The notes under the pieces are model-generated. The model was given only the letters and a program-made list of their open reading frames with translations, did not search any database and was not told where the DNA came from. A stretch of DNA of 64,000 bases from Octopus sinensis (taxonomy: Eukaryota). The translations under genes were made by a program, and so were the position numbers. Positions 24,736 through 39,800 of this stretch are shown one piece after another. Every line of letters starts with the position of its first letter. The stretch's first letter is position 1. Location of the stretch: contig NC_042997.1 of NCBI RefSeq assembly GCF_006345805.1, positions 97,154,001 through 97,218,000 on the forward strand. The letters run 5' to 3'.

Positions 24736-27152
24736 TGTGTGTGCATGTAAGTCTTTATGTCTATATGAGTTTGCCCTCCCTACTGCATGACAACTGGTGT
24801 TGGTGTGTTTACATCTCTGTAACTTAGAGGTCCAGTAAAAGACACTGATAAAATAATTACAAAGCTTAAAGAAATAATAATTAAAATTTTTCAAGGCGGT
24901 ACCCCAACATGGCCGCAGTCCAAAGACTGAAACAAATAAAAGGTAAAAAGGTTAAAAGATTTTATGCCCTTTTTTGTGTGTTTTGTTATGTGCATGATCT
25001 CCCAGTCTATGGAAAAACTGCTTTACATGAAAACAGTCCATAGTGCAAACTCACCCATGCAAGGATCTGAAAACAGCAAAATGAAATTAAAGCCTTAATA
25101 ATTATGATAATTACAATCATGAGATGAATATTGTGCTTCAATAGTCATTTAATTACTCACCACAATGACAGCAGCAAGATGTGCTCCAATTAAGGCATAA
25201 CAACCACCACTGGCACCACCAAGAAATGAAAACCTGTCAGTAACTGAATGTGCCATGGAACCTGTAGAATTATATAGTTGTGTAAACAATGAATGAGTGC
25301 ATTATATGTATTGGCATTCAATAATTTATAAGTAAAATAATAATAATCCTTTCTACTATAGGCACAAGGCCTGAAATTTTGGGGGAGGGGGCCAGTCGAC
25401 TAGACTGACTCCACTATTCAACTGATACTTAATTCATTGACCCAAAAAGATGAAAGGCAAAGTTGACTTCAGTGGAATTTGAACTCAAAATATAAAAACA
25501 GATGAAATGCCACTAAGCATTTTGCCTGGCATGTTAACGGTTCTGCCAGGTTGCCACCTTATAATAATAGTAATAATAATAAAAGTAGTGTTCCAGCATG
25601 GCTGCAGTCAAATGACTGAAACAAGTAAAAGAATGATAATATTTACTACAATAGGCACAAAGCCTGAAATTTTTGAAGAAGGGGCTAATCAGTTATATTG
25701 AACCTAGTATTCAACTGATACTTATTTCATCAACCCCAAAAGGATGAAAAGGCAAAGTCAATCTTGGCAGAATTTGAACTCAAATGGGCAAAATGCCACT
25801 AAACCAGCTCACTGCCTTAATAATAATAATAACAATAATAATAATAATAGTTTCAAATTTTGTCACAAAGGCAATTTTGGGGTAGGGGTTAAGTTGATTA
25901 CATTAACCCCAGTGTTCAGCTGGTACTTATTTTATCGACCCCGAAAGAATGAGAGGCAAAGTCGATCTCAGCGGAATATGACTTCAGAACATAACAGCAG
26001 ACAAAATACTGCTAAGCTTTTCGCCCAGCATGCTAACGATTCTGCCAGCTAATTGCCTTAATAATAATAATGATTCTAACTGGGCCCCACCAGCAAAGTT
26101 ATTCGCTGTTTATTTTGATATGGAATCACCATGTCACACATATATGGTTGTGATGCATGTGCATGGTGTACCCTTATCAGATGGGTAGTCTTACCCTTAT
26201 CATGATGGGTATACTGAACTTTGTATATTTGTACCCCAGTGTCACTTTGATGGCATGCACTGCTCTCTCACTCAATAATAATTCTTTCTAAAATAGGTAC
26301 AAGGCTGAAATTTTGTGAGGAAAGGACTTGATGATTACATCGACTCCACTGCTCAACGGGTACTTCATTCATCGCCTCCCCACCACCACCACCTCACCAA
26401 CTTAAGAATAGTAATAATTGTGGCACAAGGCCAGAAAGTCTGGCAGAAGCAGTTAAGTCAATTACATTGACTCCAGTACTCAACTTTTAACTCTAAAGCA
26501 AAAAAAAAAAAACTATAGTTTTTGGGTTCTAGAGCCCTCAAAAAAGCCAAAGAAGCTGATTTTATAGTTTTGGCACTTTTTAACCCTTCAGTGTTTAAAC
26601 CAGCCAAAACCCACTGTATCGAATTCCTCTATGAAATCTTTAAAAAAAAAATAAACAAATCACGTTAGTGAATTCTCGTAGCTTTGAGATAATGTGAGGG
26701 CTTTTCTTCCAGAAAGCACAGAACTGAGAGAAAAGCAAAATTAACTGAGGTGGCTGTCAACAGAGAAAATATTGACAAATATACAAAGCCCAGTATACTC
26801 ATTCTATCGACCCTGAAAGGGTGAAAGGCAAAGGTGACCTCGGCAGAATTTGAACTCAGAATGTCAAAAGAAACGAAATGTTGCTAAGCATTTTACCCGG
26901 TAATTAACAATTTTGCCAGCTCACCACTTTAATAATGATAATACATTCTACTATAGGCACAAGGTTTGAAATTTGGGGGAAAGAGGTAAGTCAATTAGAT
27001 CGACTCCAGTGCATAACTGGTACTTATTTCATCAAACCCGAAAGGATGAAAGGCAAAGTCAATCTCAGTGGAATTTTAACTCAGAACTTTGCGACAAGCA
27101 ATACTGCTAAGCAGTTCATCCAACATGCTAACGATTCCGCCAGCTCACTGCC

Positions 27153-27187
<35 letters not shown>

Positions 27188-27773
27188 CATAATCATAAAT
27201 GCCCTGATGCAGTACCAGGCAGTGGCTCTCATGGCTGCTGATCTTAACTGATTGGAAGTGTTATCATGTACATTGTTCTGTCTTGGTATAAAAAATGGGC
27301 TACAGCAAATATTCTGCTCAATACCACAGATTTGCTTGTCAGTTGTTTGACCTTAACCAGTTGAACATGTCCCTTAGTGGCTGATGATATGTGCATCTCT
27401 GATCACGAGCAGAAATAGTGGGGGAGCATCATAGCCATGTGTTGAGAGGGATTCTTTGGAGTTTGAATAATTCACCTTTGGAAACATAGGTGTTTCATTC
27501 AACATCCTTAAACAACCCTTATTCAGGGACCTTTTGAGCAGGATGGGCTACTCGAGCCAAAGAAAATTCCAACTGGGCCCCACCTGCAAGGTTATGAGCT
27601 GTTTATCTTGATATGAGATTACCATGTCACGCATATGGTTGTGATGGATGTGCCTAGTGTACCCTTATCAGACGGGTAGTCATGATGGGTATGCTGGGCT
27701 TCGTATATTTTACCCCAGTGTCACTTTGATGACATGCACTGCTCTCTCACTCAATAATAATAATAATAATAAC

Positions 27774-27804
<31 letters not shown>

Positions 27805-30800
27805 GTTTCAAGTGATAATCCTCAATGAACATAACTTGGAAAATCAAAATTATGTCCCAATTTGACATTCAAACTTTACATGATTTTTAAGAAGTATACT
27901 TATAAAACCAATGAATGATAGGCTCATTGAATAGATTAAGATATGAATTTGATATAGCTCACCTGCAAGAACACCCAGCATGTAAACAAGGAACAGGCGC
28001 CAAAACTTGTGCACAAACTCAAGTGGTATTCCAAGGATAATTTGGAAAATGCAGTTGAAAATGAGATGAAGGTAACTATAAATAAAAAAGAAAATACGTA
28101 TATATTAGGAATCATTTGATCATCCAAGTTTCATACCAACTATGTTCACTCATGTTCATGCATTAATATGTTGCTTGATTTAATGCATTCCTGCACTCCT
28201 AATAAATATAGTCTGCACCTCATGATATTGAGTAAGATGTGTGTAGATACATACATCTGAGCAACAACTTTTCCAACTACCATAAATCCCCAAGCATAGT
28301 CCACCCTTGACTATAATATACAGGGGATTTTTAGGGGGTTGTACCTCTGAAAAACCTAAGCCTTGTGTATAATATGCACCCCTTCTCTAACTTGAGTCAA
28401 GGAGGTCTATATAATGTCCTTGGTTTGTAAAAATGTATACGGTAACGTACTTTATTATTATTTTATATATAACTATAATGCAAACGTGTAGCATTTTTGT
28501 GCATTTTGTTTGCAGAAAATAAAGAAATAACAGTAATAACGTTTAATAAATGTTGCTTACTGCAAGTTATGGATGATTCTTTTATGACTTCATTACTTTC
28601 AGGCTTAGCTTAAGGTATTTTCACGCCCGACATCACAAAATGCGTCTGAATAAACATTGCCGGACAGCAAATAGAGACTTGAACATTGCTTAGAAAATAA
28701 TTTTCATTTTTAACCTCGTGTATAATACACACTAGGGATTTTGACCATTAAATTTTGGGAAAAAAGTGCGGATTATACTCGAGGATTTACGGTATCACTT
28801 TTTCCAAATGTCCTAAAGCAGGAGCCATAACCCCAAAATACAGAATCAAGATAAAACAACAACTTTGTTTTCTTTTCCTTCTCCTAATGTACCATATTTT
28901 AATGTGTATGAGGATCCTTTTTTTTTTTTTTTATCAAAAATTAGATTAAAATGTATGGAAGTTTCTTATACATACATAGTATATAATCCCTTAGAAAACC
29001 TTTTTTCTAAATTTTAAGCCACAAAAATTAGGGGGTTCCTTATACACAAAATACAGTAGTTTACTTTGTATTTTCTCACATTGTTTGACATTACACAAGA
29101 AATCTTTTTAAAGTTATACCACACAATAATATATATATATATATAAATATTTAATCCAGAATCTTTATTTCAACAATTTCAAACATTATTTCTACAAAAC
29201 TCATTATGTTCAATTATGGATTAGATATTTTTTGTTCATTCTTAGATTCATCTCTAATTACTTTATTCTAAGCACCAGGTGTAGTTTCTTTTTGAACTTG
29301 TCATCTCCTAAAGAGAAAGAGGGAGAGTGTGAGTAAGAGAGTATGTTCTCTAGCACTGTTAGACAATCAGTGTTGCTTTATGTTCTTGTAACTTAGCACT
29401 TTGGCAAAAGAGAATGATAGAAGTAAAAGATAAAAGGTATACACACACAATGAAACAAAACAAATGCAATACTTTTTAATTTGATACAAATAAGGAAAAA
29501 CACAAAAGAATAAAGACAATTTACTGCAAGCAAAACATATGCATGAAGGTTCATTATAATCATATAGAGTGTTGAATAAGTCTAAGCATCTTCAGACACA
29601 ACAATCAGCAAATATCAAGTGAAATTTTCAATCACAAATGAGCAAGCTGCAGCTGAAATTTGTCGGCATGTATTGCTTATTCTCATGTTTGTCAACAAAA
29701 TTCCTTGGCATGCTTTTGCTTTCTACTTGCTTCCACATACCTAAAAATTTCAGGGTTAACTCAAATAATCTGGCTGGCCAAAACTGATAGCTGGCTGATT
29801 GTTGTAATTAATGTGTTGTTGAAAATTAACTAACAATATATATTTCTTTACTACCTACAAGGGGCTAAACACAGAGGGGATAAACAAGGACAAACAAATG
29901 GATTAAGTCGATTACATCGACCCCAGTGCATAACTGGTACTTAATTTATCGACCCCGAAAGGATGACAGGCAAAGTCGACCTCGGCGGAATTTGAACTAA
30001 GAATATAGGCAGAAGCATGCCTATGTAATTGTGAAGTTGGCTTCCCAGCCATGTGGTCCTGGGTTCAGTCCCACTATATAGCACCTTGTTCTCATTTCCC
30101 AAGACACCTGATGAAATGTGTTAACAACAAACAAGATGAGGACAAATATCCATCAAATATGAATTTATGTAAGTGGTTTAAAAGACACACCTCAACCCTG
30201 TGGTTTGGAGTTCAGTCCCTCTGTGCTGCACCTTGTGATCAAATTTGGTAGATGGAAACTGTATGAAAGACCATCATAATGTATGTGTGTATGTGTGTGT
30301 GTGTGTGTATGCATGCGCATGCACACGTACATGTATGCATTCATCCCACCAATGCTTAACAAGCGTTGGTTTGTTTACATCTCTGCAAATTGGTTCAGCA
30401 AAAGGAACCAATAAAGTAAGTGCCAGAGTGTAAAGAAAAATAGATACTGGGGCTAATGCTATCAACTAATCCTTTTAAAGCTTTGCTCCCACATGGTGAT
30501 AGTCTAAGGAACAAAACAAGTAAAAAAATAATCATGGATTTTTATCAAGGGCAACATCTTCATTAAGAAAGGATCATCCATAGCATATTTATTACAAGCA
30601 TATATACTACAGATGTCCTCCAGGGGCACACAAAACTATATCATTGGTGGAATTTGAAATATAAAACCAAGAGCTTAACCCTTTTGATACCAAATTGCCA
30701 ATATTCTAGGAACAAAGCTTCCTGTGTTAAAGTGACCTAAATTAAATTCTTCCATCTAAATTCCATATCAATGTATGTTAAAAACACCAACTTTATACTA

Positions 30801-33800
30801 ACAAAGTTATTTCACTAAATATTTTGTTTTTTCGGAATCAATTACAATAAATGTAGTTTATTTTGATAGAAATATAGTAACAAAAGAAGCTTTTTATCTA
30901 GCACACTGCTATTTTGACCATTGGAACCTTTGTATTGACCCAATGAGAATAAAATCAATGCTGTAACATTATCAACCCAGCCTATGAAGCATTGACCCTT
31001 TCTCTAGCTAGGGAACAGTACAATGACATGATCAGATGTAGCTATCAAGTAATAGAGAAATGACTTGGTCATATGTTGGCGAATAGCACAACAATGTAGT
31101 CAGATAAAACTAGCAAATGTAGAACATGATTTGGTTAACTGCTAACTATTTAAATGTAGGTGGATAATTTAATGACTTGCCTAACTGTAATTACAAAATA
31201 AAATAGAAAAATTTAAAATGGAATGCTTTAAATCAAAGACATTTTTTTTCCAAAAGAAAGAGAAAGACAGATGCTTCCTCATTCTTTCAACAGTTGATAT
31301 GTATATATATCTGATAGAAAGAGATACAAACTGGAATGATACATAAGTATCATAATCTTCAAAACTATTTGATGAATTTCCCCTAGAGTGACAGAATTAT
31401 TTATTAAGAAGCAACCAAGTGCATGTCAGTTAATATCAGAACTTTTTCTAAAAAAAGTGAAAAAAAAAAAGGAAAAGAAAATTGAAGGAAAATGAGTCTT
31501 TTATAATCAGTATATTCTGAAATATGCCAAGAGATGAGGAATTATAATTAATCTATTTGGGTGAAGGATTGGTATGAAGCCTACATAAGATATAAATTAC
31601 TAAGACAGAGAAAGTAAAGACAAGTTATTTAATTTTCATTTTTCAGTCAATCTTTGACCTTTAACACTAAACAGGAATTCATCAACATCATCACTGTTTT
31701 TCTATTTAACAAACATAAGATCTTTATATTTGTTAATTAGGTCTAATTAAGAAAGGCTCATTTTTGTTTTAAATAACAGTTAAATACAATGAACAACAAC
31801 CCTATTTTCCTGTTCATTCTAAAAAGTATATCCTGAATATTTTTAGTTACATGTAAGAATAAAATATATTACATAACTTTCCTTCATTGGACACTAAAAT
31901 CTGCTTGCAAAGACCTGTTGAGGCAAGTGAAATCGAAATCAAATTCGATGACAGGCATTCATGCTAATGGAGCGCTAAGAGTACCATACGAGCATGATCA
32001 TTGCCAGAGCAACAAACTGACCTCCGCCGGTGGCACGTAAAAAGGGCCATTCGAGTGTGAACATTACCTGTGTCACCTTACTGGCAATTGTGCTGTCGGC
32101 ACATGTAAAAACATTCGAGTGAGGTCGTTGCCAGTGCCGCAGGACTGGCTCCTGTGCAGGTGGCAAATAAAAAGCACCATTTGAGTGTGGCTATTGCCAG
32201 TACCGCCTGACTGGCACATAAAAGCACCCACTACACTCTTGGAGTGGTTGGCGTTAGGAAGAGCATCCAGCTGTAGAAACTCTGCCAGATCAGATTGGAG
32301 TCTGGTGCAGCCATCTGGTTCGCCAGATCTCAGTCAAATCGTCCAACCCATGCTAGCAGGGAAAGCGGACATTAAATGATGATGATGATGATCCTAGATA
32401 ACTAATGGAAAAATGTAAATATAAAAACTAAAACATTATCCATGAAATTATGAATGACTTTATAGAATATGAAATGACTATAGTTAAATGGAACTTTTGA
32501 TTGGCAACACAAGTGTCATATTAGTTAAGTTAGTGTAATGCAAAGATCGTTGAAAAACATTATTATTCAGGCGTAGCTGTGTGGTAAGAAGCTTGCTTCC
32601 CAACCACATGGTTCTGGGTTCAGTCCCACTGCATGACACCTTGGGTAAGTATCTTCAACTATAGTCTCAGGCTGATCAAAGCCTTGTGAGTGAATCTGGT
32701 AAAATGGAAACTGAAAAAAGCCCATCACATATATGTGAGTGTGTGAGAGAAAGAGAGAGTGTGTAATTGTGTCTATGTTTGTTCCCCCAGCACCACTTGA
32801 CAACCGGTGTTGGAGTATCAGTGTCCCTGTAACTTAGTGGTTCAGCAAATGAGATTGATAAAATAAGTACCAGGCTTTAAAAAAAAAATGAAGTACTGGA
32901 GTCGATTCATTCCACTAAAAAGAAGGTAAAAGAAAATTCAGAATTATACATTTGCGCAGCAAACTTTATAAGGTAAGTGCTTTCTTTTTAGATGACCAAG
33001 TGTCAAGAAATAGGTCACTAGTTCAGTTCACTTTTCTTACCAAATAAATTGCAAATATATGACAGAATAGAGACAATACTGATAATTGGTTACTAAACCA
33101 GCAGGGAATCAAATGTTCCTCAACTCTCTTTAAAATGGTGATCAAATTATATTAAATCTTAAAACTTCAAACAGCATGGCTCTTAATAGAAACTGGATAA
33201 CTACAACCAGACATAACAATAAGCTTCATTTCAGCAAACAGCTCTCTCCATATCATTTATATATTCATGCAGAGAGGCAGGGCTTCGTAGAGAAATTCTG
33301 CAAGAAGGTGAAGCAAGACTTCTCTTGGGCATCAGGATTAGGGGCTCTTGACGTATAAAGAAGGTGTGTTCATGTATTTTTATATATTTCAAGTTTGTTT
33401 TTTTTCTTTCTTTTTAGTGGAGGAGGATACTTATGGGCCTCTCATTAATTGTTAATATTGTGCAGAATATTATCGACTTTCTCATGGATAGGCTAATAGC
33501 ATTGGCTATTTGATTTATAGTCAATAGTTGCCTGTTATCCAGTACAAGATCCATGTTTTCCTCAGTGGTGACAGTTGCAGGACATGCGGATTTCAGTCAT
33601 ATTCAAGACTCTCCCTAACCCCTCCACAAACACATTTAAGAGCAGCCACTGAGAGAGCCCCTGTATAACTAACTCCTCCATCTACTAGAAGTAATAGCCA
33701 AATCTCTCCCAGATCTCACCCACGTGTACTTTTTTCTAAAAAAAAAAAAAAAATAGAATGATTGTGATATTAGATAATGCAAGTCTGAGATAAATTATAT

Positions 33801-36800
33801 CTGAAAAAACAACAGGATGGTCAGCATTAGGATATCTGATTTCAACAGTAAGGACAATGCATTTAAGAAAGAAAAAAAGACAGGTGCTGATATGCTAAAA
33901 GTGTTCTTTGTCATGGCAACAGTCAGCCAACTAATCAACTGAAAAATATCCAGCATTTTCTCGTAGAAATAATGTAAAGGTATCAGTTACTAGAACCAAC
34001 AAAGTCACTGATATTTGATCCATACAGCATATTATTGAAACTGAGACTGATGTATAGATGTTCCTCAACTTACAGCAACCTGCTGTTACAACCAACCAAT
34101 TACAACTGTGTACTAAAACACATTCCAACATTTCTTCATGCTGTATAAAAGATTTCTGCAAGCCCAGAGTTAGTGTCTCCTACATTATGTTTTCTCTCAG
34201 TAGCAGTTATATTTCAGCAGTCATATTACAAATATCTTAAGCTTCTCCACTTTTACCAACCCTAAAGATATCGTGCAAAAGAAAGATTTATCTACCAACC
34301 AATAAGGCAAAAGTTTAAAAAAAAAGGAAATCCCTTAATTTTGAAGATGAAGGCAGGGAAAATATAAATACTTTCATACATGATTTACAGTTGTAAATTC
34401 TACTTTTTGGCACAAGGCCAGCAATTTTGAAGTAAGGGGTAAATCCATTACATCAACTGTAAGCTATGGTGCGACCTCACCTGGAATTTGCATCACCGGT
34501 CTGGAACCCCTATCTTGCCCCGGATATTAATCGCCTGGAAGCCATTCAGCGATGTGCAACCAAGAGAATACCCTCCATCAGGCATTTGCCATATTCTGAA
34601 CGCCTTACTTGCCTGGGCATGGACACATTGAAACTCCAACGTCTGGCAGCTGACTTGGCAGACACCCATAAAATTATTAACCATCTTACAAACAATAACT
34701 CTGAGCACCTTTTCAAACTCCACCTGTCTAACACCCGTAGGCATGTTTACAAAGTCACAAAACAGCACAGCTCCCATGACTTTCGGAAACATTTTTTCAC
34801 ACTAAGAGTTGCTGAAGCATGGAACAGACTGCCAGCATCAGTTGTTAGTTGTCGGAGCACTGCATCCTTCAAAACTTCCATGCTTCATGAGATTCGCCAA
34901 AACTACACCTGATTTTCCCCCCTCCATACACACGCAAGCATGTATCTGACTGATACACTGTTCACTTTCCAGACATTTGTACATTACTGCATATACTTTA
35001 TATGCACTTTTGACAAGTTGTGGTGCTCCTGAGCACTGTATACAATAATTTCATTATTATATTATAACTGGTACTTATTTTATCAACCACAAAAGGATGA
35101 AAGACAAAGTCCCTCAGTAGTATTTGTACTCAGAATGTAAAGCTTGAAGGAATGCGACTAAGCATTTTGCCGGCATGTTAATGGTTCTACTGGCTCACTG
35201 CTCTCCATCCATAATAAATTAAAAAGGGGAAATATAAAATAATAATATACTAAAAAAAGAAAATCGTATGTAGAGGATATTAGAAATAATCTAATAAATG
35301 CAAAAACTAATTTTTGTGTGTCAGTATGTCACACGTTGAACCCTCTCTCACTATTCAATGACACTTCCTCATGCTGGGGGTGAGAGTAATAGTAGGTATA
35401 GAGATGGCAAAGACAGACAGAAAGAGAGAAAAAAAAGAGAGGGAGAGAAAGAGAGACAAAAAAATTTAGGGTGAGTCCATGATGTTTCATTAAAAGTAGT
35501 AGTGTTGATGGTAGCAAAGGGAGTAACAATAAGAGAGAGTGGGTACATGAGAGAAAGAGGGAAATAATGTACAACTTTCCTGGACAGAAATACCTATTTC
35601 TTTATTATCCACAAGGGGCTAAACACAGAGGGGACAAACAAGGACAGACATAGGTATTAAGTCAGTTACATCGACCCAGTGCATAACTGGTACTTAATTT
35701 ATCGACCCCAAAAGAATGAAAGGCAAAGTCGACCTCGGCGGAATTTGAACTCACAACGTAACGACAGCCAAAATACGGCTACGCATTTCGCCTAGCGTGC
35801 TAACGTTTCTGCCACCTTTGAACAGAAATATCTGTGGCCAGCATACTGAACCAACTGCTGAACACTATCATTTTTGTTTTTATTGCTTTCTTTAATACAT
35901 ACATACATGTGTGTACACACACACACACACACATATATATCTATATATATCTACAAAATACACTTTAACTGAAATACAGTTTCTCCAAAATTAAACATAT
36001 TTAATATAATAAATGCGAATGTCAGTGTGTTAAACTTTTTCAGCTTTAATCCTAGAGGCTGTAGCCCAACATATCACACCATTTTGGAATCAGGCTGAGT
36101 CTGTGAGTAAATTAAAAGCATTCCAGGCTGAATCCAGACCTGCAATCCTGAAATTTTGGATCCCTATGTTTTCATTACTGCAATTTGTCATCAGTGATTT
36201 TTTTTTTTTTTTTGTTACATGATTTTTAGCGATTAATATGATCATCATTGAAGAAGCAATTGAAACAAATTCTCCAAAACAAGTCAGAGATCTGTTTGCA
36301 GATGTTCCCATTTGGGGTTAGTTGCTTAAAAGCTACATACTAGCTTAAAAGATAAAATAAAATGTATTACAAAATATTTATAGGCACAGACATGGTTGTG
36401 TGTTAAAAAGTTTGCTTCCCATTACATGGTTCCAGATTCAGTTCCACTGCATAGTACCTTAGACAAGTGACTTCTACTGTAGCTTCAAGCTAATCAAAGC
36501 CTTGTGAGTGGATTTGGTAGACAGAAACTGAAAGAACCCTGTAATATATACATGTGTGTCTGAGTTTGTGTTTGCCCACCACCACTGCTTGACAACTGGT
36601 GCAGGTATGTTTACAACTTAGCAGTTTGGCAAAAGAGATTGACAGAATAAGTATCATCATCATCATCATCGTTTAACATCCGTTTTCCATGCTAGCATGG
36701 GTTGGATGGTTCAACCAGGGTCTGGGAAGCCAGGAGGCTGCACCAGGCTCCAGTCTGATCTGGCAGTGTTTCTACAGCTGGATGCCCTTCCTAACGCCAA

Positions 36801-39800
36801 CCACTCCGTGAGTGTAGTGGGTACTTTTTACGTGCCACCAGCACAGGTGCCAGGGGAGGCTGGCAACAGCCACGATCGGTTGGTGCTTTTTACGTGCCAC
36901 CGGCACAGAAGCCAATCAAGGTGATGCTGGCATCGACCATGTAGGGATGGTGCTTTTTACATGTCACCGGCACAGGTGCCAGGGGAGGCTGGCAACAGCC
37001 ACGATCAGTTGGTGGTTTTTATGTGCCACTGACACGGAAGCCAGTCAGGGCAGCACTGGCTTCGGCCACATATGGATTGTGCATTTTACATGCCACCAGC
37101 ACAGGTGCCAGGGTAGGCTGGCAACGGCCGCGATTGGTTGGTGCAATGTACTGGTCTTCCAGTTACACCCATGTCAACTCATCAGGACTGATCAAATTGA
37201 AACTTGATCACAAGTGGGTGAGTACTTGTATCTATACATTTATTTATTTATCAATTTATCTTTTAGCATATCAAAGGAGGAAGTTTATTCGCAACTGACC
37301 GATCCACCATTTCATATGACCATCAAGACAGGTGGGGTTATAAAGATGTCAATATATAAATTTAGATAGGAGACTCAGTCTCAATGTTTGCAACAAAGTA
37401 CCCAACTAAAAGTACCCAAGGACAAGGTGGAGATGTTAAGCCAAATAACATACTAACTCTACCACCTCAGTGTCTGTTACACATTGGTTCTGTTCCATCT
37501 CTAGCATAACTCCAATAACATCATGTCTATGTTTGTTATTCATTTCACCTAGTTTGACAACAGTTCAAATCGTGTATGAGGCACATATCTTGGCTGGCAT
37601 TATTGTGGGGCCTGCTCTCAGTTAGTGATCCTGAAAATACCATAGGCATTTTTAAAAATAACATTAAAGATATTTGATATGTAACTCTTTAGCAAAACTA
37701 GCAGGAGACCTAGGAGTAAACAAAGAGTGAGGAGATCAGATAATATCCAGAGTTTAAGTTGGTCATGTTTGGAAATCCAGCAGGGAAGTATAATGATAGT
37801 TGCTCTAATAGGACCCTATGGAGGAGGTGCCTGAGGACTCTCTGACTCAGACCCTGCCAGGAATAATGGGTAGCAAAAATGGATGGATGGATGGATTTTT
37901 CTTTCAGAATCAAATGCCTAAAAATGATATCTTTTCAGAAATATATTAAATTATTATTTTTTTTAAAATGGGGTTGGTGTGAAAGGTAATCTGTGTTTCT
38001 GTGAAAACAGAGAAAGTCTGAATACTTAGTAAGTATAAACAAGTATATTATGGAGGCATGACTATAAGCAAGGAAAATTGGTACTATATGACTATAAGCA
38101 AGGAAAATTGGTACTATATACCTAACAAGTGCTGTTATTTAACTCCTAAACCAACTTTGATTCAGCAGACCTATGCTCTAAGATGTATCAGCCATAACTA
38201 TCCCAACATTTTTCAGACAGTGTCCCTAAGATCACACCCTGTAATTTCCAGTAGGTAAAAAAACATTCTAGAAGGAGCAGCTCTGACTTAAATCCCTCTG
38301 GTAGGAATGTGATTTTGGTCAAGAGTGTCAGTCAAAATGTTTTGCAGTATTTCTTCCAACTCTTTAAATTCCTACCAAAGTCAGATTTTCCTTTTATGTG
38401 ATCTCATATTTAATTTGGGATGGCATTAATGAGTTTTATTTTTTAAGTTGGAAGTTGAAGGACCAGAGCTGGAACAGACCAAAAGAGACTGAATATATTG
38501 ATTGCAAACAATCACCACAAATAAGCATGAAATATTTCGAAATTGAAGATGTTAACTGATGGAGATTTGGCTTATTCCAAGCAGGTGCAGCAACTATCTA
38601 CAACTAGCAGCTTTGGACCCAAATCCCTTTGGCTTCAGAAGGAATATTGATATTAGAGCATGGGGCAATATACTTTACAGTATTTGTTCGAGTTCTTTAA
38701 TTTTCTTCAGTCCAAATCTTCCTAAGGTCAAATTTGCCTTTCATCTTCCCAAGGTTGATAAAATAAAGTATAAGTCAAGTACTAAGTTCAGGATTTGTAT
38801 CTATAATAAAAATGATTCAAGAAAGTGGTCTAGTATGAGAATTGTTACAGCACTAAGCAAACTAAATTACTGTGAAAATACACAGTTGTTTACAAGGTGT
38901 CATCATTTACTGTTTTTTTTAAAGCCACTCCTAATTAACAGGAAATCATTCAAACTATTTGTTTCAATAATTTAGTCATATCAGTTTCTTAAAACTGTAT
39001 TATTTCATTTAGAACAACAGTTTTGTTGTTGAGGACTATTAATACAAACCATCATGTGACCACAGAATTGCTGACAAAAATGCTACTAGTAAAGACATCC
39101 TTTAAGAGTAGTGGATTTATAATTACCATGTTGGAATTTCCTGTATTATCTTTCAGGGAGATTATGTTACCAACTCTTATGCTCTTCAGATAGCATGCAT
39201 TGGGGATGAGTTGTAGGCCCCAGTATTGAGGTAAGTCAAATGTGATTGAATACCACTAATTGTAATCAATCACCATAATCCAGCATGAAAGATTTTGTTT
39301 ATGTTTCTATTTTCATGCCTAAAATATATAGCTGTCATTAGAACAATACCATCCATGGCTCATATGGTTAAGACATCAGTGTAGACAGCTCTGTAGTTAA
39401 ACAGTTTGCTTTACAGTCACATGAATCAATATTAAACCCTGATGCATGACACCTTGGACAAGAGTGTATTAACCATAACTTGGGGTTGAACCAAGCACCA
39501 AAGCCTTGTGAATGAAACTGAGTGAAACAGAATTGGAAGAACATCTTGTTTGATAGACTACAGGCTACCTGCTTTTTGGGTGCAAGACTTAATCCGTTAC
39601 TCTGTTTAACTCTACCATCTTTCCCTAGTTTGCCTTTAGCAGAGTATCCCTTGCTGAAAGTATTTGAAACCTGTCTTTAATCTGAAGAAATGAATTGTGC
39701 TTTCTTCCTCTCTCTATTTCCTCAACTTGAACTATGTTTAAATTAATTTTGATTTAGCCAGCTGTGTATCATACTTCATGTAAATATTTTGCAAAAGGCT

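Noticed and set aside
27370-27420. CTGATGA...GAAA in family D as a possible hammerhead
   Set aside because: Stem II does not pair, and the motif is not conserved in the copy at 23375.
36226-36316. Peptide [23 protein letters not shown], weakly like Helitron Rep/Hel
   Set aside because: It is too short, and the flanks show no further similarity; only a profile search could support it.
37710-37913. ORF containing GLSQRVLRH, superficially like the RHBDL3 linker
   Set aside because: The rhomboid frame is already complete across this intron (phase 2 to phase 2 gives HQGYLH), and there is no matching donor or phase.
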